From Klebsiella phage N1M2, in sequence record MN642089.1: a stretch of 64,000 nucleotides of DNA; one strand, written 5' to 3'. The notes below the pieces were generated by a model. The model saw only the letters and a list, made by a program, of their open reading frames with translations. It had not been told where the DNA came from and did no database searches. A program made the translations under genes and the position numbers. Shown piece after piece: positions 57,427 through 64,000 of the stretch; position 1 is the first letter of the stretch, and the number at the start of each line of letters is the position of its first letter.

Positions 57427-58149
57427 ATGAACTTTGAAAGCAGTATCATCTTCACTGAAGGTCCGTTACAGGTAACTTTAAAAGGTCTGTATCCGACAAA
57501 AGGTAAGAAAAGGGAAAAACTAATTATCGATCATGTAGGACATCCTGTAATAGAGTGGTCGGTAGAAGGAGAAGGGTTGGAACCAATCAGTAGCCGCCAA
57601 ACTGTTATTCGTGCTTTAGGTGTCTGTGCTAATGACATGTTTAATGGATTCCCTGAATGTCATAAGGACTATAAACGTTCTTGGCATATGTTGATTCAGA
57701 AGTTAGGTAAACGTTCTTATGCTTCAACTCTACAGGCCGAACTTGATCGTTATCGTTCAGAAATGAAACCATCTTATCATTCCGAGCCGACATTCAAAGT
57801 GAGGGAAAGAGATGCTGTTATTACTCTGTTTAAACCTGATACGGGCGACGATGAATTTAAACTCAGCTTTAAGGTTAGCAAACCAAGTCACTACAGTGTG
57901 CACGGTAATATCGCGATCCGTTGCAATGGGGTTATTCGCCGTATTACTTACGCTCGTGATTTTGGGGTAGATAACATTCCTTACTTACTCAACCAAATTA
58001 AAGAGTGGTTGGATATCGCCGCTGAATCACATCGTTTAGATAAATCGCGTGTCAACATTATGTTGAACAACATAGAAGGTTATCTGAACAAGAAAGAACC
58101 AGCAATTAATTACTTGCTTAGCAATCTTAATGCTGGCAATAATCTATAG
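57427..58149 (+). CDS. hypothetical protein, 240 aa
   Basis: GGAG sits 6 nt before the ATG at 57427. The track start at 57415 is TTG. Confidence 0.6.
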   Translation: MNFESSIIFTEGPLQVTLKGLYPTKGKKREKLIIDHVGHPVIEWSVEGEGLEPISSRQTVIRALGVCANDMFNGFPECHKDYKRSWHMLIQKLGKRSYASTLQAELDRYRSEMKPSYHSEPTFKVRERDAVITLFKPDTGDDEFKLSFKVSKPSHYSVHGNIAIRCNGVIRRITYARDFGVDNIPYLLNQIKEWLDIAAESHRLDKSRVNIMLNNIEGYLNKKEPAINYLLSNLNAGNNL

Positions 58150-58156
58150 GTTAAAT

Positions 58157-60130
58157 ATGGATACTGAAAAATTACGTCGTATACTTGATTTGGAAGCTAA
58201 GATCAAATATCACGATTACATGTACTTCAATCAAGACATGCCAGTTATCTCTGATGCTGAGTATGATGATCTGGTTAGAGAATATAAAGAACTTCTTGAA
58301 CAGGTGCCTGATTATAAATCTCAACTGCGTGTTGGGTTTGTTGAAGTCGATTCTAAACTTTCTACTGTGGAAATCACTGAACCAATGATTTCTATTAGTA
58401 AGAAGAAAACCCCTAAGGACTTTAAAGTATGGATAGCAAGAAATGCTCATGCCAATGAAGTCTACGAAGATAAGCTCGATGGTGTTGCAATACGTCTTGT
58501 ATACACTAACGGCGTGCTTACTGCTGGTCATACCCGTGGTCGTGGAGATATAGGTGAAGATGTAACTCACCGCATGGGTCTGGTTGTTAATATCCCAACT
58601 GAAATTGAAGCTTATAAAGGTTTCGAGAAACGTACAGTTACTGGTGAATGTTTCTGTTTGTTCACAGACTTTGACGAGTATTTAAAACGTCACAGTTTAG
58701 ACCCTAAAGAAACCGACACCCGTTCCCTGGTCTCTGGCTTACTTCGCCGTCAAACACCTGGTGACCGTGAAGACCTACCTATTCAGTTCAAGGTATATAA
58801 CACAGACCTGGAAACTCGTAAAGGCTTTAAGACCTACGATGAACTAATGGGGCATCTTTGTTCTATTGGGTTCGATATCCCTAAACGGTTCACTGAACAA
58901 GAAGTTGAAGAAATGTTATCTTTAGCTTCTAAACCTGTTGGGGAATATCCTATCGACGGGATAGTGGTTAAGATTAACGATCTTCGTGAGTGGGAGAAAG
59001 AACAAACTGGCGAGTATTATACTTATGCCACTTGTTATAAGTTCCCCACATTAAGTTATGAAACTAAAGTCACTGGGATTGATTGGTCTTTAAGTAATGA
59101 AGGTCAATTGATCGGTACATTGATGTACGAATCAGTTGAGTATGATGGAACCAAACTTACACGTTGTAAGTTGGATTACGCAGGAAGTTATTTCGAGAAA
59201 GGGTTGCGAATGGGATCTATCATTCGTATCACCAAGGCTAATGAAATCATTCCTAACTTAGTAGGATTGGTTGACCCAGGTGATGGTGAACGTTTGCACT
59301 ATCCTGAGAACTGTCCTTTCTGTAACAAACCTGTTGAATATTATCAGCTATATGGAACAGCTTATTGTAAGAACGATAGTTGTGAAGGTCAGCTGATAAA
59401 ACAACTTACACGTTTAGTTTCTAAACAAGGTCTGAATATCAAAGGTCTTGGAGATGAACGTGTTCAATCGTTAGTAGATAACGGGTTCTTATCTCAACCT
59501 GCAGATCTGTTTAAACTAACAGAATCTGATTTCATTAACTCTGGTATTGGTAAAGGTGATGCGGAAAATATCCTCAATCAAATCAGTCGGGCTTCTGACC
59601 GGGATATTGTCCATTGGTTATTTGGTCTGGCTATCCCTGGACTTGGACTCGTACGTGCTGCGGATATTAGCAATCTGGCTGCGACCAACGGGTTAAATGA
59701 TGGCTTGCAGTTACACGATGCCAAGTCATTCGTAACGGTACTCAGTGACGCCAAATACATGTCCGACATGTTTGGTCTCGATGGGTTACCTATGGTAACC
59801 CATGTTAAGAAACATGCTGATGAAATATTGGACTTCTTAAGTCATTATGATTTTAACAGGCAGAGTGTTGTTAAAGAAGTTGGGATTCCAATTGCTATTA
59901 CTGGTGCTTGGGCTGCCCTACCTCGTAGCATGATGGAAGAAGGTTTGGCTAATGCTGGATATACAGTAACTGATTCTGTTACTAAGAGTTCTAAGTGTTT
60001 GTTGATTGGTGACAAACCAGGAGCTTCCAAACTAGAGAAAGCAAACCGGTACGGTATCCCTAAGTACAACATTACTCAGGTTCATACCATGAATGGCTTA
60101 ATCGCTTTAATTGAAAGTAAACCACAGTAA
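58157..60130 (+). CDS. ligA: NAD-dependent DNA ligase (LigA family), 657 aa
   Basis: N-terminal Ia domain signature HDYMYFNQDMPVISDAEYDDLVREYKELL (compare E. coli LigA [25 protein letters not shown]). Adenylation motif EDKLDG (58471-58488). Four-Cys zinc finger CPFCNKPV...C..C. C-terminal BRCT-like region. Confidence 0.85.
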   Translation: MDTEKLRRILDLEAKIKYHDYMYFNQDMPVISDAEYDDLVREYKELLEQVPDYKSQLRVGFVEVDSKLSTVEITEPMISISKKKTPKDFKVWIARNAHANEVYEDKLDGVAIRLVYTNGVLTAGHTRGRGDIGEDVTHRMGLVVNIPTEIEAYKGFEKRTVTGECFCLFTDFDEYLKRHSLDPKETDTRSLVSGLLRRQTPGDREDLPIQFKVYNTDLETRKGFKTYDELMGHLCSIGFDIPKRFTEQEVEEMLSLASKPVGEYPIDGIVVKINDLREWEKEQTGEYYTYATCYKFPTLSYETKVTGIDWSLSNEGQLIGTLMYESVEYDGTKLTRCKLDYAGSYFEKGLRMGSIIRITKANEIIPNLVGLVDPGDGERLHYPENCPFCNKPVEYYQLYGTAYCKNDSCEGQLIKQLTRLVSKQGLNIKGLGDERVQSLVDNGFLSQPADLFKLTESDFINSGIGKGDAENILNQISRASDRDIVHWLFGLAIPGLGLVRAADISNLAATNGLNDGLQLHDAKSFVTVLSDAKYMSDMFGLDGLPMVTHVKKHADEILDFLSHYDFNRQSVVKEVGIPIAITGAWAALPRSMMEEGLANAGYTVTDSVTKSSKCLLIGDKPGASKLEKANRYGIPKYNITQVHTMNGLIALIESKPQ

Positions 60131-60135
60131 TGATT

Positions 60136-60172
60136 AGGAGAGGGGAAACTCTCTCCTACATTTTTGTTTATA
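60136..60172 (+). terminator. rho-independent terminator
   Basis: aggagaggg-gaaa-ctctctcct followed by acatttttgttt. Confidence 0.7.
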
Positions 60173-60189
60173 TAACTGGAGATAATAAA

Positions 60190-60513
60190 ATGGTTTCAAC
60201 TATAGCTAAAACTATCCTGACCTTTAAACGCCGTATGGGCGAAGCTACCATTTCTGTTATTGAAGAAATTGTGGAACGTCACGATGGTATTATGTTAATC
60301 AACATGAACTCCCATTCCGTTGAACTGGCATGTGATACAAGCCTCACTAATGATATCAACAGCATTGTCCGTCAGATTGCTGACCGTCAACGTGTTCGTA
60401 TCGACCGTGTTTGGTTTGATGAAGCCAGCAACACTACTTATGTTCCATTTATTTCTATTGTTGACTCCGGTCTTCAGGGAACTGCAGCCAATAAGATTAA
60501 GGAACTGTTCTAA
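60190..60513 (+). CDS. hypothetical protein, 107 aa
   Basis: GGAG sits 9 nt before the ATG at 60190. The track ORF start at 60130 would read through the terminator hairpin. Confidence 0.5.
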   Translation: MVSTIAKTILTFKRRMGEATISVIEEIVERHDGIMLINMNSHSVELACDTSLTNDINSIVRQIADRQRVRIDRVWFDEASNTTYVPFISIVDSGLQGTAANKIKELF

Positions 60514-61088
60514 TGTTAGTAGCTAATGGAAATGATTGGCACTTTGGTCCTGATGTTACCATTTGTCAAACCCACCAAACAGTAAAACGTAATCTGGGTA
60601 GTGGCGAATACAGTGATGATATCTATGGTTCTAAAATCATCACCTCGGAAGGTGGGACCTCTATCAAAATCAACAACCCTAAAGAACCAAATATCGAAAT
60701 GAGTTTGGTTAATATTCTCAAACTTCATAAACAGCAATGCGATTATTTTGCTGTGATTGTTCCTGGTGAATATAGTCCAATCCCTCAAACTCTCACTGAT
60801 ATCCTGGTTTATCTGGGCGAAGAACCACATTCCCATATTCGTGGTTGGTCTCCTATCGTATTCATTGACGGTCACTGGGAGCATTGTGAGAACGGTCTCC
60901 GGTTTACTCTCGAACGTAAGTATGGGGGTGGTTGGTTTACCCGTATAACCGCTACTAAAGAACACGACAGAATTAAACCTAATAACGGCTGCCAGTTCCT
61001 GACAACCAGTTCTGATATCAGAACACTGTTCTCCACTACTGTAGCACCAGTTAGCTTTGAAGATGTGAAACGTCTATACGACATGTAA
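60513..61088 (+). CDS. hypothetical protein, 191 aa
   Basis: TAATG stop/start overlap with the upstream gene. Confidence 0.6.
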   Translation: MLVANGNDWHFGPDVTICQTHQTVKRNLGSGEYSDDIYGSKIITSEGGTSIKINNPKEPNIEMSLVNILKLHKQQCDYFAVIVPGEYSPIPQTLTDILVYLGEEPHSHIRGWSPIVFIDGHWEHCENGLRFTLERKYGGGWFTRITATKEHDRIKPNNGCQFLTTSSDIRTLFSTTVAPVSFEDVKRLYDM

Positions 61089-61093
61089 CGGAG

Positions 61094-61145
61094 TACCTAG
61101 AGAGGGAATTCCCTCTCTAGGACTTTATATTGTTTATTTTTATTA
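61094..61145 (+). terminator. rho-independent terminator
   Basis: cctagagaggg-aatt-ccctctctagg (11 bp, perfect) followed by actttatattgtttattttt. Confidence 0.8.
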
Positions 61146-61190
61146 CACGTTAAATACTAAGTACGGAGTTTAATATCCTGGAGAAAATGT

Positions 61191-61712
61191 GTGGTCTATG
61201 AGATATTTACTGATGGTAGTTGTTTAGACAACAACCCAGCAGGTGGTCCAGGTGGATTAGCTTGGGTTGCTACTTACGGAGATATCCGAGCTGAACATAG
61301 CAGAGGGTTCTTTAAATCAACTAACAACCGAATGGAGATTATGGCGGTAGTGGATGCTTTATCTAGCATTCAAGAAAAGTCTGTTGTTAAGATTTATACT
61401 GATAGTCAATACACTATTGATGGTGCTACAAAGTGGGTGTGGGGCTGGATTAAAAATGGATGGGTAAGAAAGACCCAATTTGGTGCGACCGAAGATGTTA
61501 AGAACAAAGATCTGTTCCAACGTCTTCATGCACTCACTCGCTTTCATAAAGTTGAATTCATTAAAGTAAAGGCGCACTGTGGTATTCCTGATAACGAACG
61601 TTGTGATGTGTTAGCTAAATTAGCAGCCGCAAATCCCAACGAAATAGATGAAGGATTTATCCCCACAGTGAAAGATCCAAACAAACCAAAGTTTAATTAT
61701 TGGCGTAAATAA
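61191..61712 (+). CDS. rnhA: ribonuclease HI, 173 aa (GTG start)
   Basis: EIFTDGSCL.NPAGGPGG, TNNRMEIMA, IYTDSQY and VKAHCGIPDNERCD align to E. coli RNase HI catalytic motifs (D10, E48, D70, H124, D134 equivalents). GGAG sits 8 nt before the GTG. Confidence 0.85.
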   Translation: MVYEIFTDGSCLDNNPAGGPGGLAWVATYGDIRAEHSRGFFKSTNNRMEIMAVVDALSSIQEKSVVKIYTDSQYTIDGATKWVWGWIKNGWVRKTQFGATEDVKNKDLFQRLHALTRFHKVEFIKVKAHCGIPDNERCDVLAKLAAANPNEIDEGFIPTVKDPNKPKFNYWRK

Positions 61713-61761
61713 AGGATAATATGAGAAGGACGCTGGGTAATGCCTTCGTCCTTTATCCTTT
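61711..61761 (+). terminator. putative terminator (long imperfect hairpin)
   Basis: aaaggata...gaaggacg-N14-cgtcctt...tatccttt. Confidence 0.4.
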
Positions 61762-61781
61762 CTTATATAAGTGAGTTAAAC

Positions 61782-63539
61782 ATGCAATTAGTTTTCTCTG
61801 TGTTCCCAGGTGGTGGAAAATCCACTATCTGTAATCGTGCTGGGCAGTATGGGATGAAACATGTTGGTGTTTCTGCTGAAGGCTTTGTTGAGCCAGTACC
61901 GGTCCCTGCTGGAACTGTTCCAGTATTTGATTCAGATAGTTCTTTATTCGATAAAGAATATTTTCCAGGTAATTATGTCGAACACATTAAGGAAGTTCTT
62001 AGTAACTACCCTAATGTTGTCATCATGGTGTCTAGCCATGACAACGTCCGTAAGGCTATGGCCGAAGCGGGTATCCCGTACACTCTTGTTTATCCACAGC
62101 GTGAACTCAAGGGTGAATACCTAGAACGTTATGAAGGACGTGGTTCTCCAGAAGCGTTTGTTAACATGATGGACAATAAGTGGAACGACTTTATCGATTC
62201 CTCTGAGTCAGATCCTACTCAGGATCGCATCGTTTTATCCGAGGGGGAATATCTCGTGGATAGAATTTCTGATCGTATTAAACAAGCTGTTGAAGCAGCC
62301 CAAGAAACTCCAGTTGTTGCTGATCCAGTTGAAACTACCGCAGCTATTGTTGATGTTGTTGCTGATTTTCAAGACCCAGTGCAAATTCCTGCTGAACCTG
62401 ATGGTGGTGTCGTTGTCGCTGTTCTGGATACTCCAGAGACTGGCGATGGTGCAACTGTAGATGCACCAGGTAATGTTGATGGTCAGCCGGCTGTAGATGC
62501 ATCTACCGTTGACGATTCAGCTTTAGGCCCTCAGGATCCAGCTGAACCAACTCCAGTTACTGATGATCGTTATGAGATGATCGAAGCTAAATTCGATATG
62601 CAGAATGATATCGAAATGCTGGATAAAGTTATCGTAGTTGCCAAAGATCCAGAACAAGCTGGATTTGAATCACTGGCGGATAATAGTGAGATGATGGTTT
62701 CCATCGCTACTGACATCAAAGATCGCTATGACGTCGAAGTAGAACCTACCGTTTCCGGTATGGAAGGATTCGTTGAAACTCTGAAAGAAGCCTATGACAA
62801 ACTCAAAGAGAAAGTCAAAGGTATTCCTTCTAAGAAGGTCAACGCTCAGATCATCAAAAACATGGAAGATGCTGGTAAACAATTCGCTGAATATGACAGT
62901 GAAGAGTGGCAGTCAGAGCAGAAGTTTAAGAACGTAGGTAAGGTTAAACTCCAAACCCCTAAAGCGTTCAATGAAGTCAACTCTATCTCTGATGTTAAAA
63001 CCATCATTAAGATGACTACTCAGCGTGCAGTAGATATCTATGATCGTCACCACACCAACGCTCAAGCTCGTCTGGTCCCAGCAATGAAAGTATTCAATGC
63101 TTTCAAAGATAAACCTGCTGATACCCCGATCTCTGAAGTTGATGAAATGCTTCCGATCAAACCTGATCTGCTGACAGGTGGTCTAGTTGATTCCGGCGTT
63201 AAGGATTTCGATACCACTCTCGAACCTGTAGAACTTCCGGTCTTAACGAAAGCTGATATCAAAGAAGCAAAAGGTATCATTGATTATATCCTTGATACTC
63301 AGATCTACTTCATTCATGAAGAAGAGAAGTATTACGATCATTCTGCTGATGAAGATGCTTTCTTTAATAGCAAGTTCTGGGATGCGCATCTTAAGTCAGA
63401 ACAAGCTAAACAAGTTTGGAATGCCACCGAGTATCATTCTGTCATCGATCAGATGGATGAAATCGAAGACACTTACCGTGACAAAGTTCTTAATGTCGCT
63501 AAGTTCCTGCAACGTTGGGTGCTGTCTTCCATTAAGTAA
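61782..63539 (+). CDS. P-loop NTPase/kinase-like protein, 585 aa, with acidic Pro/Val/Asp-rich linker
   Basis: N-terminal Walker A VFPGGGKST (T4 Pnk-like context). Central low-complexity PVVADPVETT...PAEPTPVTDD region. First ATG downstream of the hairpin is 61782; the track start at 61740 lies in the hairpin. Confidence 0.55.
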   Translation: MQLVFSVFPGGGKSTICNRAGQYGMKHVGVSAEGFVEPVPVPAGTVPVFDSDSSLFDKEYFPGNYVEHIKEVLSNYPNVVIMVSSHDNVRKAMAEAGIPYTLVYPQRELKGEYLERYEGRGSPEAFVNMMDNKWNDFIDSSESDPTQDRIVLSEGEYLVDRISDRIKQAVEAAQETPVVADPVETTAAIVDVVADFQDPVQIPAEPDGGVVVAVLDTPETGDGATVDAPGNVDGQPAVDASTVDDSALGPQDPAEPTPVTDDRYEMIEAKFDMQNDIEMLDKVIVVAKDPEQAGFESLADNSEMMVSIATDIKDRYDVEVEPTVSGMEGFVETLKEAYDKLKEKVKGIPSKKVNAQIIKNMEDAGKQFAEYDSEEWQSEQKFKNVGKVKLQTPKAFNEVNSISDVKTIIKMTTQRAVDIYDRHHTNAQARLVPAMKVFNAFKDKPADTPISEVDEMLPIKPDLLTGGLVDSGVKDFDTTLEPVELPVLTKADIKEAKGIIDYILDTQIYFIHEEEKYYDHSADEDAFFNSKFWDAHLKSEQAKQVWNATEYHSVIDQMDEIEDTYRDKVLNVAKFLQRWVLSSIK

Positions 63540-63560
63540 TTCGTAAAACAAAACTAAGAT

Positions 63561-63610
63561 AGGGAATAGATGGGGGAAACCCTGTCTATTCCTACTTTGT
63601 TGTCTATTTG
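63561..63610 (+). terminator. rho-independent terminator
   Basis: gggaatagatggg-gaaa-cccTgtctattcc(t) (13 bp, GAAA loop) followed by actttgttgtctatttg. Confidence 0.75.
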
Positions 63611-63675
63611 CAAAGTCTGAAAATACCGAGCCTAATTGCTCCGTTAAAATCACGCTTATTAAGGAAATATTTTAA

Positions 63676-64000
63676 ATGTCTCGTACTTCCGATATTCGTC
63701 ACTACATGGTTTCTCAGTACCCGTATATGTCTTATAGTCAAATGCTTGGTCAGGTTAAACGCATCCAAGACGAATTCAAAGTAGAAATAAATAAGGGTAA
63801 TGAAGTTGGTGACAGTTACACCTATGGTCTTATTGGCGACTCTTATGGTCGCGTTATGTTTAAGATCAAATCCAATACTGAATTTAGTGCTTTAGATGCG
63901 GATGCCAATTTCACGGCCTCTAATCTGAATGCATTCATCATCGAGTTGGAAGCACTTGTCAAACTAAATAAAGAAGGTCACTTCTATGACATGATCATTC
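63676..64000 (+). CDS. hypothetical protein (5' partial view; ORF continues past window end)
   Basis: AAGGAAAT RBS then ATG at 63676 (MSRTSDIRHYMVSQYPYMSY...). Open to position 64000. Confidence 0.55.
   Translation, partial: MSRTSDIRHYMVSQYPYMSYSQMLGQVKRIQDEFKVEINKGNEVGDSYTYGLIGDSYGRVMFKIKSNTEFSALDADANFTASNLNAFIIELEALVKLNKEGHFYDMII

Noticed and set aside
1-64000. CRISPR array, integrase, transposase, rRNA
   Set aside because: No direct-repeat/spacer periodicity, no tyrosine or serine recombinase motifs and no rRNA-like segments noticed. The region looks like a virulent phage.

Overview
This 64-kb window is densely coding and mostly on the + strand. It looks like part of a large virulent tailed phage, possibly a jumbo myovirus, infecting an enterobacterial-type host. 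I found no rRNA, tRNA, CRISPR array, integrase or transposase. Structural and DNA-metabolism genes are interleaved.

Recognisable products (one line each):
- Replication/recombination genes:
  - DnaB-family helicase at 15558-17096 (- strand).
  - RuvC-like resolvase at 34295-34888.
  - SbcC/Rad50-like ATPase with a CxxC zinc hook at 52932-55412.
  - NAD-dependent DNA ligase at 58157-60130.
  - RNase HI at 61191-61712.
- Lysis genes:
  - Embedded i-spanin/o-spanin pair (35551-36295, - strand).
  - Adjacent four-helix membrane protein (34848-35498; candidate holin).
  - Signal-peptide lytic transglycosylase (SLT-domain) at 56226-57035; candidate endolysin.
- Tail-fibre arsenal (37551-51864):
  - Three proteins share a T4/lambda-type fibre motif (DW..I.NKP...HxH).
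  - A 1965-aa giant fibre ends in about 25-28 tandem DUF285-like WDVS..T.M..MF repeats.
  - A gpV-like baseplate spike follows on the - strand (51915-52910).
- Abundant virion proteins: several genes carry extreme host-optimal codon usage and are flanked by strong hairpin terminators. These are 622-2597, 5374-6597, 17802-19979 and 32721-33653. The 725-aa product at 17802-19979 is the likely major capsid (or sheath) protein.

Non-coding signals:
- A family of G-rich hairpin terminators (GGGGTAGGGG-type).
- A 14-nt motif (AGGCAGATATTATC + TGTAAA) repeated upstream of two genes; candidate phage promoter.
- A near-identical translation-initiation region on the two most codon-optimised genes.
- Several perfect palindromes in intergenic regions.

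Every product call comes from motifs read by eye. No homology search was run.
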